Shown one piece after another: positions 13,542 through 27,015 of a stretch of 64,000 nt of DNA. A program made the position numbers and the translations under genes. Positions within the stretch are counted from its first letter, which is position 1; every line of letters begins with the position of its first letter. This DNA comes from Schmidtea polychroa (taxonomy: Eukaryota), in NCBI GenBank assembly GCA_044892525.1, contig CM097887.1:105812397-105876396 (forward strand), given 5' to 3'. A model generated the notes under the pieces. The model saw only the letters and a program-made list of their open reading frames with translations. It was not told where the DNA came from and made no database searches.

Positions 13542-15099
13542 CTTCTTAAAACATCAATAAAAATCAGAAAGCGATCTTTTTCTGCCATATTATTATTCTT
13601 TATTTTACTTATACACAAAAAAACCTTAACAGATCTTATAGAAATGACTTGTTTCATAATCCAACGGCAACTTTTCTCGACTGAAAGGAAATAAGGGGAT
13701 ATTATTAGATAGTAATTATGAGAAATCAAAGTTCAAGTTTGCACGAATTACCTCGGGTGCGTCGGGAAAATTAATTTTCTTGTACCTGAGTTAACACGCT
13801 TGAGTGTGTTAATGAGTCGAAAGATAACAATAAGTTGGTATTGAGATGAAAAATAATAGAAAAAACAAACCAAATAAATCTCAAGTGCGTGTATTATATT
13901 GCAGATAAAAACTATTGCATATACAATAAAAGTCCATTTTAAAGGTGATATTTATAATTATACATAAAAGAATAACTTATGCGATTAATATTTTAAAATA
14001 AACATTCAATTCTTATTAAAAAAAAGAAATCTATTTTTCAAAGATTTGCCAGTATAAATGTATTACTTTTAGATTTGTCAACAACATCAAATTGTCATCT
14101 TAATATGTATAAGGGGTTTCCATCGTTAGACGATTTTTGACATAACAAAACATAGATTTGTGAAATTTTGAACTGGCTCATATTGAAAATTTAAAAAAAA
14201 TATTTGACAATAATATTTTGCGTTTATGGCAATTGCAATAAAATTTCCTTTAATCGTCTATTTCGATTAAATTTAATATTGTGGAAAAAACAAAAGATAT
14301 TTCCTATTATATTAAGAATTGAAATTCGACGTATCTTTACTGAATAAATTGGAGGACTTCTCTGTTCCAAAGGCATTTGTGGGGGCAATGGCATTTTCAC
14401 TTTTGGATAATGGTGTCATTTTTGAAGTTAGAATTGATATTTCCCCAGTAGAATTTCTAACCAAAACGCCAGGCGTAGAACTAAAAAAGTAGGAAAAAAT
14501 AATTCCCATAAATTTGAATAATAAATATTCGCGTTCAATAGTTTTAATCTATTTCATGTTTTTAATACAAAATGTAATTATTTCGCCTCAAAAGCTTCAA
14601 TTACCTTAAAATTAAAATAAGATTATTGTTTGATAATATTTATTCAATTATTATTTGCAAATGTGAATGCAATGATGGATAAATGACCTTTTTGATTTAC
14701 TGCATTTTTTTTCATAAATTCTGTTCCCGACTTTTATAGTAAACGTTTCTTAATTGTCGTTAAAAAATTATTCTAAAAATCAAGGAACGGGAATTTCATT
14801 AAATGTTTAATTGTTTTACCAAAAGAAATCTCTGAGTGGCTAGTTCCATGACAGATCTTGCATTTGCGTAAAAACAGGAAATTTTTCTGATAATTAGCAT
14901 TCAAAGGAAAGGGAATAGATGATTAAAATAGAATAATGAAAATAAATGGAAATCATTGATAAATTTTGATTGAAACTAGTATCCGAAGAAAGGAGAATAA
15001 ACGAAAATTACCGATTAAAATAAAGAAATTATTATTATTATTAAAAGCACGAATAAAAAAATCAGAAAATATTCGTGTTTTTGCACTACCGATAGTAAA

Positions 15100-15765
15100 T
15101 TAGTAACATAAACTTCAAAACCTACTTTTAAAAAATCAATTACAATTGACGATGATTTAATATCAGCATTGTTAAATCCTGATTCTATATGTTTACATAG
15201 ACCAAGTTACATTGGGCAATCTGTACTTGATCTATCAAAACTTAGAATGTATGAACTGCAATATAACGATTTAGAAAAATGTCGTAATGAGTTCAATTGT
15301 AAAATAAATATTATTGCAGGTGATACAAACTCTTTTTTCTTTGAAGTTATTAATTGTAATCTTGATATTCTTTTACCTTCAATGATCCGAGATAATTTAC
15401 TAGACACCTCTAATTATGATCCTTGTCATCCCTTATACAATAATAACCTTGATTCTGTCATTAGAAAGTTCAAAGACGAGAATAAAGATCTTAAATATAA
15501 GGAGTGGGTTTTTCTTAGGTCAAAGTGTTATAGTTTGTTAGGTGATGACGAGACTAAAAAAGCTAAAGGTAGTGACATAAAACATCAGTCATAACTGGAT
15601 TGTAATAATACAAAACAAATTTTTTCAATACCACAAACTAAAATAACAAATAAAAATCATCAACTATTTACAATAAAAAATAAAAAAATTGCACTTATAT
15701 GATAAAAGGGTTTGGGTGGGGAAAAAAACTAGTTATGCATATGGGCATATAAGATTAACAAACAA
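15100..15765 (+). mobile_element. Polinton/Maverick (adintovirus-like) protein-primed DNA polymerase B C-terminal fragment
   Basis: KPTFKKSITIDDDLIS...[19 protein letters not shown]...GDTNSFFFE...DTSNY...KFKDE...FLRSKCYS...KKAKG, then after a frameshift YDKRVW...YGH. This is the typical pPolB C-terminus; the catalytic DTDS reads DTNS. Confidence 0.85.
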
Positions 15766-15944
15766 AGAAATTTTAAACCAAGAAATGATGAACTTATAGA
15801 CATAGATGATGTCTTGTTATCCGATGATGAAGATTATTATTAAATAAACTTTGTTACTTTTACGTTGTTAACTTTTTGTGTGTTGTTAAATATTTGTTCT
15901 TTTTATATGTTTAAGTCTAGTTAATTTTTATGTGTTGTTAAGTA

Positions 15945-16121
15945 NNNNNNNNNNNNNNNNNNNNNNNNNNNNNNNNNNNNNNNNNNNNNNNNNNNNNNNN
16001 NNNNNNNNNNNNNNNNNNNNNNNNNNNNNNNNNNNNNNNNNNNNNNNNNNNNNNNNNNNNNNNNNNNNNNNNNNNNNNNNNNNNNNNNNNNNNNNNNNNN
16101 NNNNNNNNNNNNNNNNNNNNN
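15945..16121. other. Assembly gap (N run)
   Basis: Direct read. Confidence 1.
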
Positions 16122-16264
16122 TATCTTAAAAAATTTCATTTCTCATAGGTTGGTGCTATTCAATCTTTTTGATAATAAATTTAAAATTATTACTCTAATT
16201 TACTTACTTAAAAAATTTTTAACTTTAATTTAAAATTTTAGATCATTGATTACTAAATTAAAAA

Positions 16265-16395
16265 ATTTAAACCTTAATTTACTTTAATTTAAAATTTTGA
16301 ACCTTAATTTACTTTAATTTAAAAATTTAGCCCATAATTTACTTTAATTCAAGTTTTAGACCCATAATTTACCTATTTATCCTTAATTTACTATG
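16265..16395. repeat. Degenerate ~30-bp AT-rich tandem repeat (~4 copies)
   Basis: Recurrent (CC)TTAATTTACTTTAATTTAAAATTTT units. Confidence 0.65.
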
Positions 16396-16631
16396 CTTTT
16401 TTAGTAAAGACCCCTTTCTTTATAGAAAATCCCAGGACCAAGACCCACCCAAATTACACTTGGAAAATTTCATGATTTTGTAGCGAGAATTGAGATTTAT
16501 ATTGAAATTCTCAGGATCTATCGAGATCCCTTCGATGGGGGGGTACACCGGATGGTCGTGCTGTGGGGTGCTACTAACTACCTACTATCACGTTAGGTAG
16601 TAATAGGAGGCCTTCCATAGCGATGTTTTGA

Positions 16632-16800
16632 TTAATAGCTCTCCAGGTGATTGAATCTGGAAACTGTACGATGAACTATTGCTGAGTGTACTCCTAATTT
16701 CGATGCTATTTCCTCAGGATAATTTTCCTTCTGCAAGATCATTATTTGAGACCTTAAAGTTTGTGAAAGTTCTTGTTTATGACCCGTGAGCAGCAACAAA
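16632..16800 (-). mobile_element. Tc1/mariner transposase N-terminal HTH remnant
   Basis: GHKQELSQTLRSQIMILQKENYPEEIASKLGVHSAIVHRTVSRFNHLESY resembles the Tc1 paired-like HTH; truncated. Confidence 0.6.
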
Positions 16801-17039
16801 TAAATATAAATAATATAGACAACCAAGAGAAATCAGACTTAAATATAGTTGCAATTGGTTTTTCCAAATTCTATATTTAGTTTATATTACATCACAAACA
16901 TTTGAATTTTGTAATAAATTATTTATTTTCATCAAAAATATGTAGTGCTGCTAAAGTTTTGTCCGCCACTATAGATAATTGAGTTGATGAAACTTTATAT
17001 AAATGCAAACAACGTTCAAGGAGTCGGTTGTCAAACAAT

Positions 17040-17544
17040 TGTCAGATAGGAGCAACCAGGTCAAAAACCGATTAATCAAAGTGATTATTCCAGTATAAAA
17101 GCAAATTCGAAATTCAAAATAATCGGCATTTTGCCTCAGTTAGGGTAGGCAAACGGGAATAGGCAAACGGGAATAGGCAAACGGGAATAGGCAAACGGGA
17201 ATAGGCAAACGGGAATAGGCAAACGGTAAGACGAATTAGGGAGAATAGGGAAAAAGAAAATATAGAATAGGAGATACGAAAAAGGGAAAAAGAAATCAAA
17301 TCAAATAGCGAAAGGAAACGTCAGTCGAGAGATGCTGAAGAAATAAAAAGTGAATATTATCTTTTGTCAAAGCATCAACACCGAGCGGAGAATCGGTCAA
17401 ACTTGAACTTTGATAAGTGATTGTTTATTGTTGAGAGAAATATAATGTTGTGATTCAAATATACGTTGGGGGTAGTTTATTGTTTTGATTAAAAGAGACA
17501 CGAGGAGTCAAAGGTTACCGACTTAAATTAGCAAAAACCCAACA
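17040..17544. mobile_element. LTR-like dispersed repeat copy A (TGT...ACA ends) containing a 14-bp tandem array
   Basis: Colinear in inverted orientation with 54855-55304; TG/CA termini; (AGGCAAACGGGAAT) x5.7 at 17147-17226. No TSD seen. Confidence 0.6.
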
Positions 17545-19899
17545 TAAAGATAAACAGGCAAAATGCTATTACTAAAGAATAATAGATAATATTTATGTAG
17601 TGTTGTAAAGAATTAGTGAGTGTACCTGAAATATTTATAGAAAAAGAATTATTGTTTTGATTATTTGTGTTTGGTTTTATGAATAAATGTTTTGATAGGA
17701 TTCACTATCCTGACTCCGCGAGTCTCTTTGAGTAAACAACACAGAACCCAAAAAAAGTAAGTTAATTTTCTTTTATACAACTAACTCAGAAACAATTACT
17801 CATAACAAATACACTGGATCAATAACTTTCCACGATCTTAAATGAATTAAGTAAGTTTTACAAGGGTAAACTACTCAGATCTCACTTCAAAGGATTGATG
17901 CTGTGGGCAAAATAATGTCTTCGTGCCTAAAGTTTCTATAATTTCTCTGACTTCTCTTGGCTTGTCTTTAATTTTTGGTTTATAAATATTTTCTTGTCCG
18001 GTGTATGGTTGCTTCTGCTTTTATACCATTTAGTAGATATGCCAATTATTGACTAAATTCCAGGATTTGAGCCGTAAACTACCAATCTAAGTAAGTTGAT
18101 CATCTACCAAACAGTGGTTTCTGAAAACTGTAATTATTGATCTAATAGCAAAAATAATTGCCAATCCTTAAAAAATCCTAGCTTTTTAATTAAACCTTGA
18201 TTTGACAGACTGCCACTGCACCTGACCGATTAGGTATCATCAAAAAATATTTTTGAATGATTAATTTGTTAGTAATTTGTTTTATTTTCCAATTATTTTA
18301 CCCCCTCCATCAATTTTTAATTATAATATTCATCTTTAACTTTTTATTTGCCACCCGTCAGTACCTTTCTCCTCGAAAAATATTGATTTTAGATATTTAT
18401 TAATCTTACTTTTAATTAAAATTTTTGAATTTTTGACTTGTATCATAATTGTGACTATTGCTATTTGTTATTTCTAAATTGTCTTCTTATTTTATTAAAG
18501 AACACATAGAGTCAGGAATAACCCCTTGCCTATCAAAACTATTTAATAACTCACCGATACACTAAAACCATTCATTTTTGTGGACAGTCTATAACATAAC
18601 CAATAATATCATTTAAAATTAAATATAGTAATAAAATATGATTAGCATATGAGCCATTTACGGGCCTAAGCGACTTCCTCTTTTTTTGAGATATTTTAAT
18701 AATTTAGTTCCCTAAATTATAGAAAAAGTATGTATATAATTATAAATTGTGCATGCTTGCTAACTTTTAGAATTTTTTTATCATCGAAATCTTTAATAAG
18801 AACATAAAGTCTAAATTTTTTGAGATATCGTCTTTAATGGATAAAAATTACTTTATGGCATTGTCAATTTTCCATAGATTTTGATTAAGTTCAATTCAGA
18901 AAAGATTCGTTCTCCAAACAGAGTACTGCTATTGCCAGATTTTTAATTTCAAGATTATAGAAATGTTTTAAAGGTTCTTTTCTTATGGTAAAAGTATTTT
19001 TAATAATATGAAATAATCAGATAGTTTTTTTGTGTAAAATATTTTTAAACAAGATTTATCAGTACTGACTGTAGTGCCTCTGACTTCGACATTAATAAAA
19101 ATATCAACTTAATAATTAAACTTAAAATATATTATTAAATTAAATTAATTAAAAGGATTGTTTAAATATTCTTTTTATTCAAAAACATCATAAACAATCC
19201 ATGCATCATTCGACATCAAAATCAATTAAAAAAATATACCAAACATTCGAGAAGCTGAAACCTTTGTTTTCCTAGCTGAGATCTCTCTGTTGATGAGCTT
19301 GATTATCAATACCTTCTATTCAACGAAATAAATTTTCCTTCGAATACTAATTCACAATTCTAGTGATTCTCATGATAAAGTTCGCTACGAGAACCGAACT
19401 GACTCATACGTCTTCGATTGCTAAAAAGAGTTAATGATCAAAGTCATTCCAGATAAAGATTCCAGTGCTTTCACATCACACGATACTGGAGTCGACATGC
19501 CCAAATGCGATTTCATCAACAATCTCAGTACAATCGCAGATCAAGTACCCATGCTTTCATGGAAACATTGACTATAGTCGTTTTCAATAAAAACTTTATG
19601 CAAATTAGTTTCGTGTCTCTACGCTGACAAATGGAAATTAGTCATAACTTCAATTTATTTCGCAAGCTTTTATCATTTGGCATGATATAAATAGTGTATA
19701 TAATTAATTCAAATGTATCACAGAAGTCGACATGACAGAAAACCATATTTACAATAAAAGTTTCAAAAATTAACAATAAAAGAATTTTCCTTTTCTGAGT
19801 ATCTTTTTTTTACTTACTCCAAACTCTTTCAAATTTTATACTGGACCGTTCATAGTTTCTATTTTTTACTCTTGCAAGTGATAAATTGGTTGAGTTGCT

Positions 19900-20400
19900 G
19901 ATGAAGAAATCGTTTTTGTTAACTACGATGAAAGAGACGGTTGATAAATGTATTGAAAGTCCATGTTTAAGTATAATGATGGCGAATTAAATAATAATAA
20001 TGAAGTATGTAAAGACGGTGAGCCTAAATTTGTGTTGGTATTACCGTACACAGGAAGTTATAAACATTATGAGAAAGATAAAAAAGTTGTTGGATAATTT
20101 AATTCGTGTTAAGTTTCTTTAGTAAAGATTTTTTTATCTCGTTTATCAATATATATATATATATATATTTAATGGGTTACATGCATTGGAGAGATTTTTT
20201 GTCATCTTTGTATTCGAGTTCTTGAGTAAGCGCAATAAACACTATGTGTAAAATTGTTATGTCTGATTTTAATGTTAATAAAATAGTTAAAAATTATTGG
20301 AAATGTGTGATATGTGAAGCGCTGTTGATAGAGTCATTGGATCCGAAAATTAATCTGCATAATGCCATGAACTCGTGTGTTTTGAATGTGTTTAAATAAT
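19900..20400 (+). mobile_element. Penelope-like retroelement 3' remnant (GIY-YIG C-terminal region)
   Basis: FVLVLPYTG and SAINTMCK...ICEALLIESLDPKINL... resemble the PLE LPY and EALLI-P-LN motifs; degenerate. Confidence 0.6.
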
Positions 20401-20650
20401 TTTGATGTTAAGTTGAGGATGTTTTAATTGTTAATGATGTTTTTTTAAAAGTATTGAATGGTTAAATTGGAGTGTTAAACAACTTTGTCTTTTAAATTAA
20501 AATTAAAATTGTTTTTTGAATATAAATTAAATATAAATTAAAAAAATCTTTAAAGATTTTTTGAAGATAATGTTGTTAAAAAATAAATTAAAATTTTAAA
20601 AATATTATGATAATTTTAAAATTTGTTTAATTAATCAATAATATTTACAG

Positions 20651-20666
20651 CAGGGGTCGGCAACCT
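20651..20666. mobile_element. hAT-type MITE left terminus cut by an assembly gap
   Basis: CAGGGGTCGGCAACCT immediately before the N run. Confidence 0.55.
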
Positions 20667-20848
20667 NNNNNNNNNNNNNNNNNNNNNNNNNNNNNNNNNN
20701 NNNNNNNNNNNNNNNNNNNNNNNNNNNNNNNNNNNNNNNNNNNNNNNNNNNNNNNNNNNNNNNNNNNNNNNNNNNNNNNNNNNNNNNNNNNNNNNNNNNN
20801 NNNNNNNNNNNNNNNNNNNNNNNNNNNNNNNNNNNNNNNNNNNNNNNN
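20667..20848. other. Assembly gap (N run)
   Basis: Direct read. Confidence 1.
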
Positions 20849-21147
20849 TATTTTTAAGATTTTCGAATTTTCAAAAGATAACCGTTTATCCGAAAATTAG
20901 ACTAAGTATTTTTTTTCAAATAAATCCGATATTATTATTATCATTATTATCTTTTAAAATTTCTTCTACGTGATGAGGTCAATAAAACAAAAATTAATAC
21001 ATTTTGAATTAATTAAAGGTTTTTCACTTTTGTTACTTCAATACTTTATTGGGGTTTTTTTTTCTTTTGTCACATAATTGGTTTTGATATGCAATTCTAG
21101 AATTTTGATTGGATTATAAAAAGAATAATCAAAATAAACAAACAAAA

Positions 21148-24100
21148 TTAATATGGCTTCCCAGTGTCTCCACCCTTTGGTCTTTTTAGTTGGACTTTTA
21201 GTCTCTTCATCCCGATTTGAAATCCATTCATTGCTTGAATTGCTGCTTGGGCGCTATTAGAATTATCAAAACTTACAAAACCTTAAAAATTAATAATAAA
21301 CAATAATATAAAACAAAGAGTTATTTGTGAAATAATATTTACCAAAACATTTGCTTTGATTCGTTGCTCTATCGATATACACTTTAGCACTAATTACAGT
21401 TCCGAAAGGAGAAAACATTTGGGCCAGTTCTGCATCTCCAAACTCTTGGGGTAAATGATATATGAAAACATTACTTCCATCTGGGCCTTAGATAAATGTT
21501 TCCTGTGAAAAGGCAATTGTAAAAATGCTTAAGTTACCTGTTAAAATGAAATCTTTTGTCCCTTCTTTCTGTTGTACTTGCATTGAAAGAGCTTGTCTGG
21601 CTAAAAGAGTTATTGGATTAAGAGTGGGTGGATTATATGGAGCTAGAGAAAATAAATTTTTAAATTTTCATTAAACTTTAAAATAAGGTCTACCTAAACC
21701 ACATAAATTAAGTCCACCATACATTGCTGGCAGCGTTGTTGGATTACTAGTTAACCAATTCGCACCAGTGGCTGCCGCTAAAGAAAATGGAGTAAGATTT
21801 TGGGTACGTGTTTGTCCATTGGACATTTGTGTATGTGAAATATTAACTGATGGGTCATTTAATTGTGTAGCAGAGCTTATTATTGGGGTCTGTTGTTGAA
21901 GTTGACACATGGTGTTCATTCCAGAATTATTAGGCATCATCATGCTTGCTGCAGTTGACGGGGACAATAATGATTGGGTGGTTAAATTTTGAGAGGCAGC
22001 AACGGCTGCAGCTAATGGATTTACACCAAGAAAGTTTTGAGATGCGTTAGCGTCATCTAAATCAAATAAAACAAAATTAATATTATAATAATTTAAATTA
22101 TAAAATAAATTAATCTAATTATTTTAATTGTTTTAGTAAAATTATTCAAAATTTTATAATAGTTTAATTTGTTGATGGCAGTCGATCAATAATTTATAAA
22201 TAATTTTCGATAAATATGAAAATTAAAATATATACTGATAAATTTTAGTCAGTAGTTTAGAAATTACTAAATTAGTTTGACACATCGATAGTCTAATTTG
22301 TTGACTAAAATTTCGGATATCATCAAAGACATTTTAGGGGTTCAGTGTCGTACAGGTTAATGTAAAGCAAATATAAAACTCAAAGGTCTATAGATATACC
22401 ATATATTGTCTACGCAGGTATATAAAGTTTTACAATAAAATTAGACCAAAACAGTTTTCTAATTATTTTTCAATGAAGTAATTTCAATAATTAAACATTT
22501 TAAAAAATTTCATTAATTCAAATAAATAGGTAAATTATTTTTGCAGTGTTCATTAATTGAAAAAAATTTCGACATAAAGTTAGGGTTGCCACCTCTTTGG
22601 GTTAAGCCCGGAGACTCCGGGATTCAGTGAGTTATCTCCGAGCACCGGGCTTAACTATTATTTCGCCGGACGACGTACGTAAAATTGAATATGCACAAAA
22701 TTATGTCAACTCCATCTCGTGGTAGCCGTTATAACTAACACTCTTTCGCGCCAAAATATCGCTACTGCGGAGACGATTGACGTGCACATTCGATTTCATT
22801 GTTCATATTAATTATAATTTTGGAATTATTTTTATATAATGTAAGTCAGATATATTTTTAATTATAATTAAATAATTAAATCAATCTCCAAAAATGTATT
22901 TTTCTAAAATATTTCTAAAACAAATATCAGAAATTCTAATGAATATTTAACTTAATTTTAACTCAAAAATAATTCTTACGATGATATTTCTTCATTTTCA
23001 TGACAATCGTTTCTTTAAAAATACATTTAAAAACATTTTCAATGATCATTTTTTTACTAAAAATTGTCTAAGCTAGAGTTTTTATAGAAACGTATCTCAG
23101 AGGCGCATTTCTATATATCGAAAGTTTGCATGTGTTATTTAGTATGCGTTGTGTTTGTGTATTACTTGGGTATCACATCAGGGTGAATTCAAAGTAAGTA
23201 TGTATGTTTCTATAATGTAAGATTATTGATTTTTTTCTTATATTATAAGAAACGTATCTCAGCGGTGTTTGTTGTAATTAAGTGGAGGCTTGGCATCGCG
23301 CATTTTAGCAGACCGTTAACTGTATATATGTTGCTTTTCGTTGACTACTTTTTAATAAATTTTAATGAATTAATTGGTACAGAGTATTTTTTTAATCTGA
23401 GTTTATTTATGTGCGCTTTCTCGTAGTTCTTATGTTGGCACCCTTTTGTCCGGTTGCCGTTTTTTCATTAGTATTTTCATTAGGACTATCTTATAGTCGA
23501 AAGTTTTTTCATTTGTATTAAATATATTATTCGCTTAAATTATCATTTAATTGTTTTCTTAGAAACTAGACGATTTAATTTGCTAATTTTTGACAAGTTT
23601 GTTTTTTTTTAGCTTCTTAAAATTCATTCCTATAATAATATGAAGAAATAAATTTCTATACAAATAAGTACAAAAATGTGTCTATAGCCATTGTTCTATG
23701 AAATTTTATATAAATAGAACTTTTAAAGTTCATAAAACATTATTAATCTGGATCACTTGTATAGTAGAGTTTTTGAATAAATAAGAAGATATATGCCGCT
23801 CAATAAAATTAATAACCGGATTTTTAACTCACTGGTCTGTATCCCCGTTGACAAAGTATATGGCAAAGTGGCTCCTAAAGCAATTTGCTGCTGTTGCTGT
23901 AATTGCTGTTGCAACTGCAATGCCAAAGTTGCAATAGGATTAATATAGCCGGTATTTTGTTGAAGATTCTATAAATAAAATATTCTATTTTCAAAAAAAT
24001 ATAGAAAAGAATACCTCTAAATACTGAGAGTATGCTGACCCACCTAAGGCTGACAAGGTTAATCCGGGATTAATCAGTCCAAATGGATTGATAAACTGTT

Positions 24101-26978
24101 GAAGTTTTCTAGTTTGCCTTTCTTTTTCAGTGTCAGCAAATTTCACAACCAAACTAGACGAAGCTCCTGGAATGGTCATGCTACCATGCATGGCTCCAAT
24201 TGCTGTATATGCTTCTGATCTTGTTGTATACTTAACGAAGGCGCATCCTATTTTTAAAATATTATAAATCATGAGTTAAGTTTACTTAATATAATAACAA
24301 ATTTCTAAATTTTTTATTTTCAGTTGTGAAACTATAAATACGGCTACCCAACGCTCCACGCAAAGGTAACGGGCCTAAAAGTCTAAAATATATATTACAG
24401 ATATTTTTCCCATATTAAGTATAAAAAAAAATTTTTGTTGAATTTAAGGCGTATTTTATAAAATTCATTTCTTTTGATTTTGTTTAAATTTGGTCTCTTT
24501 TTTTCAGTGCAAATCCCAATAGTAGACTAGTTTCGAACTTTTGGCTCTCATCGGTACTATGCAGGAGACGCGAAGAAAAATGCTAAAGGTTTACGGATGC
24601 ACTTGTAAACAGTTTCTGTGTATAAAGGGTGTCTCCAGAGGCGAATATGATTTTTCATACACCATGTTTACAAGTTTGCAGTTATTTTTTCTGTGATGTA
24701 GCTAATTTGCAAGTGATGTGATTTCCAGTGTACCAGGGAAAGTATGCAATAGAGTTGAATCAGCAATATTGTATACTTGGGATTTGCACCGGGTATCATA
24801 AAGCTTGTAATGTTTATATTATTTTAATGTTAGACATACGTAAAAAATATTATGTAATTAGGGTTGATAAAATATTTATTTGAAGGGGAAAAGAACAATA
24901 ATAATCTACAAGATTAATTTTATAATGGAACTGATACATAGAAAACCAAAAATCTAAAAGAAAACTTAATGATATGTGAGCAAGGGTATGGTGAGACATA
25001 GAAAGTACACAAACGTGAAAAGCAGCAACATCACTTTAAAATTTATTTATTAAAACACAATTTATTATTTCACAATCAGTAGGGAAACCCAAATTTAGCA
25101 GTTTTTCGATGAGTTTTTGGCAAAATTTTCAGAATTTAAGCATTTTTTGGCAAAAAATTAACAAATGGAAATTGGATATAAAATTGATTTGTTTGTTGAG
25201 TTGGATAGATGGGTACTGGTTAGAGAATAGATAATAGCCAATTACATAAGAGAAGTATTGGTCAATGAATAACCAATTAGGGAAAATGAGATTAAGTATA
25301 AAAAAAAGTAAAAAATAATAAGCAATGGGTAGTAAGGATAAAACGTTTATTAATACAACAACCATAAAATGTTCAATAAGCCTGCTATCCTATCTTTTGC
25401 ATCTCAAAATCCGAACCATCATCTTCTGCCGATGAATTATTATTATCCTTATTGAAATAAAATGCAAAATAAGTGTATATATTTTCATTGTTGAAATTTT
25501 TATCTAATGCTAACAATTAAATCAATTAAAATTTCTCTTCAATCTTGGCATTTTTGGCATTTGGGTTGCCTTAATAATCAGGTATGATAATCAAGCAGAG
25601 GAGTTTTTGAAAATAAAGAATAAAATCATGACGATCGAATTTATGTAAATTATTTTGTTTTAGTATCGGATAAAGATTTTAATAGCGAGAGATATCAGGA
25701 TTTAATATTAGGTAAGTCTTTATTCAACGAGATGGTAAGTACTACCGTATTTTAGCGCATATAACGCGCGCGTTATACGCATTTTTACAAACCGTGCACC
25801 CCCCATGCGCGGTATCTGTGAGTGCGCGCTTTATGATTTATATTTTACACGTGGCGGCTTTGCCAGTGGAAATATTTTTATGATGTGACAGTAACCCTAC
25901 CATCGGTTTTATTGTTTATTGTAATCAGATACCGCGCGCGTTATATGCGCTAAAATACGGTATATCAAATGACAAAATAGATATTAGGTCAAAGAATGTT
26001 AATAGGGGAAATCCGAAGAAAAGTTGAAAGATGAACATTTCGCAAATAAACATGTTGCACTGTATGGTAAATATATAACAGAAACTAATACAACAATTAT
26101 GTAAGAAAAAATACATCACATCCATTACCGTCTCGTTATTTAAATTTTAAGCTAAAATTAATAAATTGTGAGATCTAAAAATTAATAGTCCTAGACTAAA
26201 ATATGCCTGTCTAGGCCGAATTCCACCTGAAATAAATCTAGATAATAATCGTCTACAAAACTACTACTTTAAATATTTTACTACAGAAAACAGATCAGTT
26301 ATTGTTTAGAAAAACTATTTAGAAATTTATAGATAAACAGCCCATCGAGCAAGGAACTACTCAACTGCAACGTCTATTTATTCATGAAATTTCCCGGTCT
26401 ATTGCTCACGGATTCATCATACTTTCATCTGCTGTATGAATGCAAGCATGACACACTTAGCCGCTATGTGAATGCATGCATGACACACTCAGCCACTATG
26501 TGAATGCATGAATGCTATACTCATCCGCTGTATGAATGCGTGCATGACACACTCATCCGCTATGTGAATGCAAGCATCGCATGCTTATGTGCTAGTGTGC
26601 CTAATTCTGTGGAATAACATATATCTAAGAATTCAACCAAATCGATAGAAAAATTAATAATTGACATTGCTATTGACATTGTAAAAGAGATTTTCTTCAA
26701 TTTTTGGAAATAAATAGTCATTCCAGATAATATTCTAAGCCAATCAGGAAACAATAAAGGCTTGAAATTTAAAAAAAAATTATTTATCGATTTACCTTGT
26801 AATAACAAAAAACTAAATTTTTTTATCAGTTTTGTGTTAAATTATAGACTCTAATTATTAATATAGGATGTGGAATTTTTCTTATTAATTCCCTAATGCA
26901 AGAACAATTCGTTCACATAAAATATTGTTTTTCCGGGAGGCTTCTAAATTTTTGGGTATCATAAAGCACATTGTTCAA

Positions 26979-27015
<37 letters not shown>

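Noticed and set aside
13349-13729. ORFs 13349-13729, 13479-13694 and 50516-50788 with YIYI runs
   Set aside because: Artefacts of reading through (TA)n microsatellites.
15921-16139. ORFs spanning N runs (also 28965-29180)
   Set aside because: Open only because of gap characters.
17147-17226. Short tandem arrays (also 2473-2529 and 26425-26585) as CRISPR-like arrays
   Set aside because: Head-to-tail repeats without unique spacers, in eukaryotic context, with no cas genes.
17700-18600. Possible LTR reverse-transcriptase remnant on the minus strand (similar hints at 34150-34260 and 41200-41750)
   Set aside because: Only vague motif resemblance in heavily interrupted frames; no diagnostic catalytic motif found.
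21487-21537. Stronger-looking upstream acceptor (TTTTCACAG at 21503) that would frameshift and delete CELF RRM3
   Set aside because: It would need a 35-nt intron, shorter than any other intron seen here (45 nt or more); not supportable without RNA data.
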